A stretch of DNA of 64,000 nucleotides, from the NCBI GenBank assembly GCA_964270895.1, contig OZ185437.1. One strand, written 5' to 3'. How positions within the stretch are numbered: position 1 is the first letter of the stretch; every line of letters begins with the position of its first letter. The translations under genes and the position numbers were made by a program. The DNA is from Podarcis filfolensis (lineage: Eukaryota). This document shows, piece after piece, positions 13,701-23,800 of the stretch. The notes beneath the pieces were generated by a model. The model was not told where the DNA came from. It did not search any database and saw only the letters and a list, made by a program, of their open reading frames with translations.

Positions 13701-14360
13701 AGAGAGGAAAAATGGCGGGCGCCACGGCAGCGGGCAGCGCCTGAAGCCAGCCAGAGCCAACTGCGCTACCAGGCTAACTCCGGGCTACTGAGGCTGCCAC
13801 TGCCACATTTCCTGGGGACAGATTTGCAAATCTGGGGACATTCCGGGGACAGAATTTGTCCAGGGACAGATTTGCAAATCTGGGGACATTCCAGGGACAG
13901 AATTTGTCCAGGGACAGATTCGCAAATCCCGGGACTGTCCCCAGAAACCAGGGATGTCTGGTAACCCTAGTTTACCCAAATTGTATCAGTGGCATTTTTT
14001 AAAAAATCAATGAAGTTAGGATTCATTTTCACACATGAATTGTTGGTAGGGGAAAAAATTCCAGTTCATAGTATACTGTCTCATGCTTCTGGTGCTGTTT
14101 GATTTGCAGGAAAATTCCGAGAAGAATTCAAAGCAGCTTTTTCCTGCTGCTGCTGCTTTGGCATTAGCCACCACAACGAGGACCGGCTTCGGGGACGGGC
14201 AAGCACAGAAAGTCGGAAATCCTTGACCACCCAGATCACCCATTTTGACCATGCTACCAAGTTATCAGAGCACATTGCATTGACCCATATAAGCACACTC
14301 CCAACAAATGGCAATGGACCTGTTCACAGCTGGGAGCATCCCAGTTTCTCTGCGGTTTAA
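2027..14360 (+). CDS. HCRTR2: Orexin/hypocretin receptor type 2, 5'-partial gene span (coding exons 2-7; exon 1 lies upstream of the window)
   Basis: Six GT-AG exons join in frame into a class A GPCR (VCVAVWKNHHMRTVTNYF, LDRWYAICHPL, CYLPISILNVLKR, NSAANPIIYNFLSG). Exon sizes 179/244/116/221/122 match human HCRTR2 as recalled. The ICL3 and C-tail (STESRKSLTTQI) are OX2R-like, and the gene neighbours GFRAL. Confidence 0.97.
2447..2819 (-). mobile_element. Solo Ty3/gypsy LTR (LTR-A, 373 bp), antisense in HCRTR2 intron 2
   Basis: On the minus strand begins TGTCAGG and ends CCTGACA, with AATAAA near the 3' end; perfect 5-bp TSD AGTTG (2442-2446, 2820-2824). Confidence 0.9.
3377..4437 (+). mobile_element. 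5'-truncated L2-clade LINE (RT remnant with stops and frameshifts, (TTA)n tail)
   Basis: VPQGSVLSPMLFNIY...HQYADDTQLYLSF, LRLNPDKAEVLL, FKTLNGLGPVYL...RAFSVV motifs; (TTA)n at about 4391-4437. Confidence 0.9.
5160..5403 (+). CDS. HCRTR2: HCRTR2 coding exon 3 (TM3-TM4)
   Basis: cctag|ACTGTGTCG ... TGGGGAG|gtgagt; 244 nt; TVSVSVSVLTLSCIALDRWYAICHPL...CDERWG. Confidence 0.97.
6443..6524 (+). mobile_element. Bov-B (RTE) 3'-end fragment, next to an L2 3' fragment at about 6303-6370
   Basis: GGAAGACAGGAGTGCCTGGCATGCTCTGGTCCATGGGGTCACAAAGAGTCGGACACAACT followed by an (AAC)n tail. Confidence 0.8.
8314..8480 (+). mobile_element. tRNA-derived squamate SINE (Squam3-like)
   Basis: GTGGTAGAGCATCTGCTTTGCATGCAGAAGGTCC head, AGCTTCCTGTGTTCCT tail; related copies at about 15800-15954, 53330-53565 and 59838-59980. 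Confidence 0.7.
8710..8754. repeat. (TA)n microsatellite
   Basis: Direct read. Confidence 0.95.
8755..9035 (+). mobile_element. Bov-B (RTE) LINE 3' fragment
   Basis: LKEISPECSLEGQILKLRLQYFGHLMRREDSLEKTLMLGKLEGTRRRGQQRTRWLDSV is the Bov-B ORF C-terminus. Confidence 0.92.
9295..9410 (+). CDS. HCRTR2: HCRTR2 coding exon 4 (TM5)
   Basis: ttgcag|CTGAAGTC ... CGGCAG|gtaagc; 116 nt; EVYPKMYHTCFFLVTYMAPLCLMVLAYLQIFQKLWCRQ. Confidence 0.97.
10728..10774. repeat. (TTG)n microsatellite
   Basis: Direct read. Confidence 0.95.
10854..11074 (+). CDS. HCRTR2: HCRTR2 coding exon 5 (ICL3-TM6)
   Basis: gctag|ATTCCAGGA ... TTAAAAAG|gtaacc; 221 nt; IPGTSSVIQRKWKPLQ...RRKTARMLMVVLLVFALCYLPISILNVLKR. Confidence 0.97.
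12344..12465 (+). CDS. HCRTR2: HCRTR2 coding exon 6 (TM7)
   Basis: tgtaag|GGTGTTT ... CTCAGTG|gtaagt; 122 nt; VFGMFNNANDRETVYAWFTFSHWLVYANSAANPIIYNFLS. Confidence 0.97.
12999..13129 (+). mobile_element. Degenerate tRNA-Lys(CTT)-derived SINE with CR1-like tail
   Basis: GGTAGAACATGAGACTCTTAATCTCAGTGTTGTGGGTTTGAGTCCCACATTGGGCG resembles tRNA-Lys-CTT with a broken acceptor stem; followed by CR1-type GTCCCTTCCAACTCTA. Confidence 0.75.
13245..13969. mobile_element. Non-autonomous hAT DNA transposon (725 bp) in HCRTR2 intron 6
   Basis: TIRs TATGGTTACCAGA / TCTGGTAACCCTA; perfect 8-bp TSD GTTTACCC (13237-13244, 13970-13977); central long inverted repeat; about 48-bp subterminal tandem repeats rich in GGGACA (about 13810-13945). 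Confidence 0.92.
14110..14360 (+). CDS. HCRTR2: HCRTR2 last coding exon (helix 8 and C-tail, stop TAA 14358-14360)
   Basis: ttgcag|GAAAATTCCGA; GKFREEFKAAFSCCCCFGISHHNEDRLRGRASTESRKSLTTQITHF...GNGPVHSWEHPSFSAV*. Not in the ORF track because it has no ATG. Confidence 0.95.
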
Positions 14361-14603
14361 TACTTTTGTAAGTGGAAATCTGCGCACCCAGTTGTCTCAA
14401 CCAGTAACCAGAATACTGCGGACTGGAAAGGAACAATAGTCAATGAACACCTCTTATTTTCTAAAAGAAACCACAGCCTTGTTTGGAAGCTTGCGTGATT
14501 TTAACAGCCTTTGCTTTTGAACTGTAAGATAAGATTGTTTGGGAACACATTAATTTTTTTATATACCTTAACTAGTCAGAGCTTCTGACGTATTTCCTTT
14601 CTC

Positions 14604-14609
14604 AATAAA
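14604..14609 (+). terminator. Candidate HCRTR2 polyadenylation signal
   Basis: AATAAA about 245 nt after the stop codon, followed by GT-rich sequence; use is unverified. Confidence 0.4.
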
Positions 14610-14792
14610 GAGTGGGTGCATCTTGTGTTTCAGTCAAAGTTGGCAGTAAGCAAGGGGGAAGCATCATGATGGAAATCACATTAGGACCAATTTTGCCTCT
14701 ACCAAGTTGTTCATAAAATAGCATAAATGAACCCTATATTAATATGGCCATACTAATTGATACTAATAGTGACATCATTTGTTGAATGTGAT

Positions 14793-15038
14793 TCCAGTGT
14801 GGTGTAGTGGTTAGGAGCAGTAGATTCATAATCTGGGGAACTGGGTTCGCGTCTCCGCTCCTCCACATGCAGCTGCTGGGTGACCTTGGGCTAGTCACAC
14901 TTCTCTGAAGTCTCTCAGCCCCACTCACCTCACAGAGTGTTTGTTGTGGGGGAGGAAGGGAAAGGAGAATGTTAGCCGCTTTGAGACTCCTTCAGGTAGT
15001 GATAAAGTGGGATATCAAATCCAAACTTCTTCTTCTTC
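14793..15038 (+). mobile_element. tRNA-derived SINE with CORE-like middle and (CTT)n tail (possibly Squam2)
   Basis: Box A GTGGTGTAGTGGTTAG, box B GGGTTCGCGTCTCC, TGGGTGACCTTGGGCTAGTCAC core; highly similar to the copy at 58926-59210. Confidence 0.8.
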
Positions 15039-16539
15039 AAAAGGGCACCAGCCATATCAAGGAAGATATCTGCAGCAGAGGTGGATTTAGGAAAGCACGA
15101 TTGGTTCTGACGTGCTGGGCATCAAGTCTAGGGGGCGCTGCAGGGTGTACCAACTATGATGTAGTGAATTGAGCAAAAAGGGAGGTGAGAGGTCGTGTGG
15201 ATGCCGAATTTTGACCTTGCACAGGACACCACTGAAATCTGAAAGACTAAAGTCCACCCCATCTGCAGGCTTGGGAAAAATGGCAGAATTTTTTAAAAAA
15301 GGAGGGAGAATCCTTAAAAGGGTGGGGGAACATACCCCAAAGGAGTTCAACAAGGGCTAAGCATGCTCAGTGCCAAACAATGCTGATGGGACACACACAG
15401 AGAGGAATGGAAAATGGGGGAATGGTGTATTCTGGAAAAACTTGACAGCAAAGGGACTCAAAATGGAGCCCTGTATACAACTGCCACCCATCTCTAGGCT
15501 GACCAAAGTCTTAAGCCCAGGAGCCAGGCTTGAAATTCATTGCTTGAACAGGTTAGCTTCCATAGAGAAGTTTTGTGTCAGCCTCACTTTGCTTTCCCAT
15601 TTCCAGACCTGCCACTGACCATATGCAAGGCATATTCTATAGGACATCTGACTTCACGAGGAAGTCATCTGATGCCTCCCAACTTATTGAGATGAACAAT
15701 GTGCCCAGATGGCTGCACTCAAGGAATCCAATCCTTTGCTCCAAGTTTTGTGCTATTCTCTCTCTTGGTCTTTTCTTCGTTTCCAAAGCCACAGCTGTAG
15801 GGCCATAGGGTCAGAACATCTGCTTTGCATGCAGTAGGTCCCAGGATCAATTTCCAACATCTGCAGGTAGGGCTTGGAGAGCCACTAAAACCCTGGAGAG
15901 CCACAGCTAGCCAGGATCAACATTTCTGAACTAGATAGTCCAATGTTCTGACCCCCATCCACTTCTCCTTATCTAATGCATTATACCTCCCTCTGTCTCA
16001 CAGGTGGGCTTCTGCTACTCAGCTTCAGAAATGTTTGTGTCACTGTGAGCCCATCTTTATTGAGTTGTGCCCTCCTATTTTGGTATGCCCCACACAGCTA
16101 GAGCATGAACTCATCTTCTCATGTCACCAGGGTTTCCTGGGACCCCAGAGAAGCAGATACTGCAGCAACTACCAGGTTTTAAAGGTCCTTAGAAGGTACT
16201 TTGGAAAACAGCAGCCAGCCGCCTGCAGGTTTCCACCTGCAAGATTTTCTCTTTAGCTTTGAAGGAGTGGGAAGCCCAACCCCTCTAATAATGGTATCTT
16301 CAGAAGGAAATTCTGCTTATCATCATTAACTTGGTATCACGACTGAACTATTGCCTCACCAGGCATTTGCTCAGAAGACTGTAATTCATCTGGACTCGCA
16401 GGCAGCAAGGTATGTAGTAAGCGACTGTCAGGGCAGCTTTTACTATACTCCGGAAATCTGCAACAGGTGTGAAATGGAGGGTTGGCTTTCCTATCTCTCT
16501 GGGATACTTAAAGCAAGCGAGAGCAGGGAGGGGAGTCCC

Positions 16540-16717
16540 ACCAGAACGGGCTCACTCTTTCAGCGCCAAGGTGGACCAATCGCACGCAGCCGGGAGAGAG
16601 CTGTCCAGCGCGGCGTGGTGCTGAAACGACTCGGAGGTTTTGAGATTTCAGAGAGCATCAGGCGATAACCTGCAGCTTACTGTGCTCCGCATCAATAGCT
16701 CAGGACCGCCTTGCGCG
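16540..16717 (+). promoter_or_regulatory. GFRAL proximal promoter/5'UTR (small CpG-rich patch, CCAAT at 16576-16580)
   Basis: Locally CpG-dense, non-repeat sequence directly upstream of the GFRAL ATG. Confidence 0.5.
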
Positions 16718-16739
16718 ATGAACTCCATTCTGTTGCTGG
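16718..16739 (+). CDS. GFRAL: GFRAL exon 1 (start of signal peptide, MNSILLL)
   Basis: gcgATGAACTCCATTCTGTTGCTGG|gtaagt; 22 coding nt, phase 1. Confidence 0.85.
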
Positions 16740-19700
16740 GTAAGTTCTGCAGAGTTCTTCCTCGTGGAACCCAATCCTATACACGCTTACTCTGAAGTAA
16801 GTCGCACTGTGTTCACTGGGGCTTGTTCTGAATTAAGTGTGCCTATGGGACCGCAGTCTCATCTGCTTGTTGGAGGGCACAGAATTGGACATTGCATATG
16901 GTCCCTACCACTTATTGGACTGCTCCCTCCTATTGTATGCAATATAAAGGACAGACTTTGTACTCACACATTTGCTATAAGTTAAACTTTATTTTCCTCC
17001 TTCTCTGCTCCTCTCCTATTCAAACATAATAAACTTGTTGAAATGGCAGCTGCTTTGTTTGCTTTTAGAAACTTTGCTTTTAGTCTTTGTGACTGTAAAG
17101 GGGAACTATTTTCTTTAAAAAATATATAAGCAATGTGCTAATTTAGAGCTCTGTGGTCCTCAGACGAAGGGTGGAATAAAAATTAAATATATAAAAGTGA
17201 AGAAATGAATATGATCAAATAAAGGTCTGTAGTGAGGAGGGCAGTTTCCTATCCCACCACAGCCCACTGTTCTTAGCATGAGCGATTTTGTTCAGTAGAT
17301 TCAGATAGCCACCTATTCTTATTCTTATTCTTATTTTCAATTTTATACATTTCAATAATTTTACAATAATTTCAACATTTCAAAACTTGACTTCCTTCCC
17401 CCTCTTTCTGTGGTTCCTTAAATTTGTTTTTAATATTTTCTGCATATCCAAATTAACTTAATTTGCTCATTTATTCATCTACTATAAATATATACTCTTA
17501 TAAAACTGCAGGTTATTACAATAATCCTGCCAATGTTCCTATCTGTTTACAGTTTATTTGTAAATATTCAATAAACCATTTCCATTCTTTTATAAAAAGT
17601 CTGTTTTCTAATAAGTTTTGCCATTTCTGCATATTCCATAAGTTTTTTTATCCATTCTTCTTTTGCTGGGACTTTTTCTTCTTTCCATTTTTGGGCAAGT
17701 AACATTCATGCCACTGTTGTTGCATACATGAATAAATTTCTATACAGTTTGGGTAGTTCTGTCCCTATAATTCCCAAAAGGAAGGCTTCTGGTCTTTTTA
17801 CAAATGTTATTTTAAACATCTTTTTCAACTCATTATATATCATTTCCCAGTAAGCTTTAACCTTACTACAGGACCACCACATATGATAAAAAGAACCTTC
17901 TTCCTCTTTTGTCAATTAACTCAGTGTTAGGTACCATCAATATATCATTTTCATATAATTTTCTCTTAGACCGTAAAGTAAAGAGACCCCTGACCATTAG
18001 GTCCAGTCATGACCGACTTTGGGGTTGCGGCGCTCATCTCGCTTTATTGGCCGAGGGAGCTGGCATGTGGCCAGCATTACTAAGCCGCTTCTGGTGAACC
18101 AGAGCAGTGCACAGAAATGCCATTTACCTTCCCGCTGGAGCGGTACCTATTTATCTACATGCACTTTGACGTGCTTTCGAACTGCTAGGTTGGCAGGAGC
18201 AGGGACCGAGCAACGGGAGCTCACCCCTTTGCAGGGATTCGAACCGCTGACCTTCTGATCGGCAAATCCTAGGCTCAGTGGTTTAGACCACAGCGCCACC
18301 CGTGTCCCATTCTTAGACCAGAGCATGCTGTAAAATTATATCCATATTCCATATCGTTCCCATGCTTCCACATTTATATTATATTATGACCAATATCTAT
18401 TGCCCAATGTATCATTGAGTCAGATAGCCAGACTTTATCCCCAATTAAATTGACATTTGCAGTTACTAAGAAAATGTAATCGAAGTGAGATGACTGAAGG
18501 ACCACATAGCTGTCACATGGCTGACCAGTCTCTACGACCATATTGCAGAGCAAAACTTCATTCAGATTTCTATTACCAGTGGGAATGTATTGTGTACTGG
18601 GATGCAAAACTGTTTGTCTGACTCAGCCCATTCTGTCCCATCTCTTTAGCAGTGTGTTGCTCCTTCTTTTGTGCCCAAGGTTACTAGTGCTCTGTGGAAC
18701 ATGGCTAATCCTTTAAATGCTCATGACTGTTGACGCTTCATGAGTCGCGTGGCTTTCTTGTTCCCAGAGGCAATGTGTGATTGGAACATTTTTCATGCAC
18801 TCCTGGCATGGCTGGAAAAGAGCAAGCTGTTGAAGAGCAGGTGCCAGCTTCACACTAAAATGCTATCTCTATGGTGGTAGATATTTAATTTTATTTCATT
18901 GATTGCCAAGAGTGACACCTAGCCAATGTATTTAGGCTTGAGTGATGACCCGTTCCAGTCCGTAAGCAGTACAGTGGCAGATCACCCTAAAGGTACTATG
19001 AAAGGTAACTTATCAAGTAGATCTGAAAAAGGGAGGTTTTGTTTAAACAAACACATGCTTGTTTGCTGAGTGGAACGTCTAAGTGCATGTCAGGCCACAA
19101 GAAAAGCTATTGTTACTACTGTTGACTTTTCCCTTTGGCTTGAGATAGGTAGGTGAGAGGAGGAACAGAGAAGCAGGCCTATAGGAAGCTGCAGAACATG
19201 AATAAGATGTTCCCATAATACCCACTTTTTTCAATCCCATTATTTTTACTTATTAACTCTAATCTTCTGAGGAAGAGGAAGAGATCCATTTCACACAGCT
19301 GTCTTTGTTGCTTCCTGATGAAACTGCAATTGCAAGATGACAGCTGAGAGAGTGGAGAAGTCAGATGGAACTGCTGGCTTCCTGCTGCTGTTGCCTGATG
19401 TAATAGCTAGTAGACCTGCACCTCAGCACTCAAAGTCCCATTGTTTGCAGTGGGACTTTTAAGAGTGCTGTCTGTGCAATGCATTATATCTGCTTCATCT
19501 CCCCAAGCACCAAAATCTTAATGGACATATTAACAGCAGAACCTTCCACGTAGCTAGGCTTACTAGAGGCATGAATTGCAAGCTGGTTTGAGCCCTAGAA
19601 AAGCTCATTTTAGAACCTGTGCTCTCTACAAGTTAGCTTGGATGTATACAATATAACAACACATGTTGTCAGGGGCTCAGGAGCAGGAGCACAGGGGAGA

Positions 19701-20835
19701 GAGGAAATGGAGAACGAAGGGGAAGAATCCGAGGGCAGCGTAGGGGAGTATGACAGTGGCCCGAGAGATTCCATGAGCTTCTCCAGCGAATCAGAAGATT
19801 CCCAGAAGGGGGCGCCGACGGTCAGGGCAAGGGGGGTCCCAGGGGGGACGCACCAGAAACAAGGAGCCAGTGGGGAACCCCAAAGCAGCAGCGGGGGATC
19901 AGGACCAGTTTCCCCACCAGAGCGTAGTGGGGGGGAAGAGTCACATGTGTCAGGGCCAGCGTCTCCTCCAGCGGGGAGAGAAAGTGATTCAGGGCTGACC
20001 ACGCCTCCAACGGAGGGGAGGTCAGTTGCAGCTAGCCCCCCCAGAGGGGGAAGCAGTGACAGCAGCAGTGAAACAGTCAGGAGGAAAGCTGCTGGCTGGG
20101 CGCGCGCGCCAAGTTCAAATGTACAGGCGCGGGGGACAGCAGGAGACCCGGATGGGGAACCAGCTCCTAAAGCCCTCCGGAGGGAGGGGGAAGGCTCAGG
20201 GGATTCAGCGTCAGAAGAGTCTAGAAAGGGCGAGACCCCAACGGACAGGCAGAACCAGAGGCGGAAAGAACAGAGGAAGAGGTGGAGTAAGGCTAGAGTC
20301 TTAAATTGGTGTCTGGGGGAGCATCAGCGGTCTGAGAGTTGAGACGTAGAGACGCTGCGGCTCTGGAAGTGAAACTGAACTTCAATAAAGACTTTTGTAC
20401 TTAACAACGAAGCAGCGTTGGTCCTTTGTGAGCTGGGACCTCGGGCGGCTCTGACACATGTGCATATATATATATATATATATAAAGGTAAAGGTACCCC
20501 TGCCCGTACGGGCCAGTCTTGACAGACTCTAGGGTTGTGCGCTCATCTCACTCTATAGGCCGGGAGCCAGCGCTGTCCGCAGACACTTCCGGGTCACGTG
20601 GCCAGCGTGACAAGCTGCATCTGGCGAGCCAGCACAGCACACGGAACGCCGTTTACCTTCCCGCTGGTAAGCGGTTCCTATTTATCTACTTGCACCCGGG
20701 GGTGCTTTCGAACTGCTAGGTTGGCAGGCGCTGGGACCGAACTACGGGAGTGCACCCCGCCGCGGGGATTCGAACCGCCGACCATGCGATCAGCAAGTCC
20801 TAGGCGCTGAGGTTTTACCCACAGCGCTACCCGCG

Positions 20836-20879
<44 letters not shown>

Positions 20880-23800
20880 TGTATATGTGGTATATCATAT
20901 ATTGACATATTTAATTTTTTTCTTAATTATTGATAGTCTGTTACTATAATATGTCATTTTTTCCTGTATTGAAAATCCCTGTAAAATATGTTTTTTTAAA
21001 ATAAATTAAAAAACAAAACTAATTATGCACACATAAACATTTTCAAAGCCATGAGATTAAAAGTTTGCTCTAGAACCTCCCTTTGAAATAGTGAAGCTCA
21101 GACTGAAGCAAGAACAATGGCAATTGGAGTGAAGTGCAGAATGGAGAAACACCAAAGGTGAAAGAGAAGAGAGCTTAGTCTGCTTAGAAAAAAGACTGAG
21201 TTCCTTGTTCCTTGACGGATCTAAACAGGGGTATCTGAAATTCAGCATGGGTAACCTTGTGTATCTCCTTTACCCTTCCATGCTCTCTACAATAAAACAT
21301 TGGGTAGAAATGCAAAGGAACCACTGCTTATCACCAAGGTTATATTATCTGTTTTGCAGTGCTGGTACTACATTCCATGCATGTAACTGCTTTCCAGACA
21401 TCCAGATGCCAAGAGCTGAGAGAGAGATGTGAAGCTGCAGGAAATGGATGTGAAAGTGTCTGGGCTTTGCTTGAAGAAGTTTGTTGCATTTCAGGTAACT
21501 ACAGAGAAGCCATAGATTGCTCTGTGATTTCAGAGAACCAGCATTCCTTGTCTAATCAGCTTCCATTAAAATGAACACTGAACTGAATTTTAAAAGGGAA
21601 TTCTTCATTTCCCAGACATGTGGTAGGAGAGCTCATTTCCTGTACCCCTATGGAGCTGGGCATCATCACCACACACTTAAATGGAGGGAGCATTCCATAG
21701 AAACACACCCTTCCATGCCTAATTCCACATTCATTGAAATTAATGTGAAAGATCTTATAGACTGAGAGGTGCATATGCCTGCCGGAGCTCCTGCTTACAC
21801 AATGAATTGCTGAGCAGGTTGCTAAACTCTACTTCTTTGCAACTGACTACATACTCAATGAAAACAGGGACTGAAGTATTAAATACAGTTAATAAGGAGA
21901 AAACGCCATTGCATGTGGGCTAATTCTGATCATACAAAAAAAAATGTTCAGGGGTGGGGAGGGGTGGACAAAGGTGTGCAGATAGCCCCAGGGATGTGTT
22001 TCCATGAAATAAAAGTTGTTAAAGCATTCCCTATACATTTTGTGAATACAGGAGTCTCCCCAGTTCAGCAGGGGTTATGTTCCTGGGTACCATGTGTATA
22101 CCTGAAATCACACATAGTGGGGAACACCATCTAAAAGACTTGTAAATTCCCTCTAAACCTCTGGAAACCCTTAAAAAAAACCTTTAAAAACACTGCTTTG
22201 TTTCAAAATCCACCAAACTCCACTACAATCGCTCCCTCCAAACCTACGTTCTTAATATCCAAATTTCCACAGGCCTCAAAGGTCAGTGCAAAGGCTCCTG
22301 GGATTGCTAGTGGTTTTCCAGCTCTTTTTGTGCCATTTTTGCAGTTTCCCCATTCTTTTCAAGCCCTCTTTGCCCTCTTTGCAGTTTACATTGATTGATT
22401 TATTTCCTGGCGCCACACGTATAGACACAGTCACATGGGTGAGTGGGGAGATGCCTATTGTTGGGAAATTTATAAAAGGAGGCAAAAGGAATACAGAATT
22501 TCAGCAGGAAACTACGAGGCATGCACCTATTACAAATCAAACTGAGCCTGCAACACTTTTGCTGGCACAAATGGTTTCCAAGTAATGCATACAATTGACC
22601 CGATAACATCATGAGCACAAAGAATAATGAATGTTCAACAAATAGACTACCTGGAGGGGCTGTTTGTTTGCAGAGGTTTGGAATTAAAAGCTTTGTAACA
22701 GAGTGTGATCATACATAATTACTTTGTCAAAAAAATGGGGGGAAATCTACGGTAAGTGGTTTTTAAGATGAGGATCCATGGCTCTGATCCTATGGGTTGC
22801 TCCTTAAGTTCAGTAATACATTTGAGACTCCATCTTTCCCCATCCCCACCCCAGAATATAGCTCTTGATGTTCTTCTGAACCATTTCCTTACACTTACTG
22901 ACAGATATAACCTATAGCGTGTCAGACTTAGGTGTTAGGCTAAGATATACAGCCAGTTTAAAGTTTTTTTATATATATATTTTATTAAGGGTTTTCTTGC
23001 TTTACAGTGTAAGTGTAATGCCTCGTATTTTTTTCTTCCATGTAACATTTTTACAAATCCGTTTCATTTGATGAGGCATTAGGGAGAGAAGAAAAAAGAA
23101 AGAAAAAAAGAAAGGGGGGTGGAGGGAGGGGAGATGGATGGGGGTGGGGTCGGGTAGCGGTGTTTCTATTATGCTTAATGTATGTAGAGTTTGGTGTCAG
23201 CGTGCTTGTGTTGTTCACTTGTGTTCCTTTGGTGGTGAGAGAGGTTGGGGTTGGCCTAGGGTGTGATTGTTTGTTTGTGATTGGCTGTGGTGATCTTTGT
23301 TTTCGTGTGTGAGTGAGGTGGGTGGGTGTTTTGGATCAGGTTAGCCATATTGATTTGTATGCTGTTGGTGGATTATTGTCGTTGTCCTGTTGGGCTGTGT
23401 ATGTGATAAAGGGGAGCCATACCGGGGTGAAGGTGTCTTCTTCTGTTTGTCCCCGTGTCAGTTTCCAGTTTAAAGTTAATAGAATCTATACTAAATCCCC
23501 AAAGTAGTAGTATCTACAGTATAATATATACAAAGGGGAAATCTCATACTTTTCATTTGAGTGAATCTACGTTGCTAAGAGTTACTCTGCTCAACAATAA
23601 CAGGAAACTATTATTTTTTAAAAAAAATCCAACTCCTACATAAATGAAATTCTGGCATTTTAATTGAACAGCTGAATCAACAGACTGAATCAGCCTCATG
23701 AAACTTGTAAAAGAAATGTACACCAATTTAGCACATGTCCTAAACATGCACAGATTACATGAAAGTCTTGTGACGTTGATAATTGAATTCTCAGTAGCTG

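Noticed and set aside
13810-13945. Repeat-spacer-like array resembling CRISPR
   Set aside because: Eukaryotic locus; the 'spacers' are identical; these are subterminal tandem repeats of a hAT element.
16768-16856. Imperfect palindromic repeat just after GFRAL exon 1 (similar ones near 540-600, 24660-24720, 38830-38900, 50910-50990)
   Set aside because: Belongs to an abundant, old, hairpin-like interspersed repeat; boundaries and family could not be fixed by eye.
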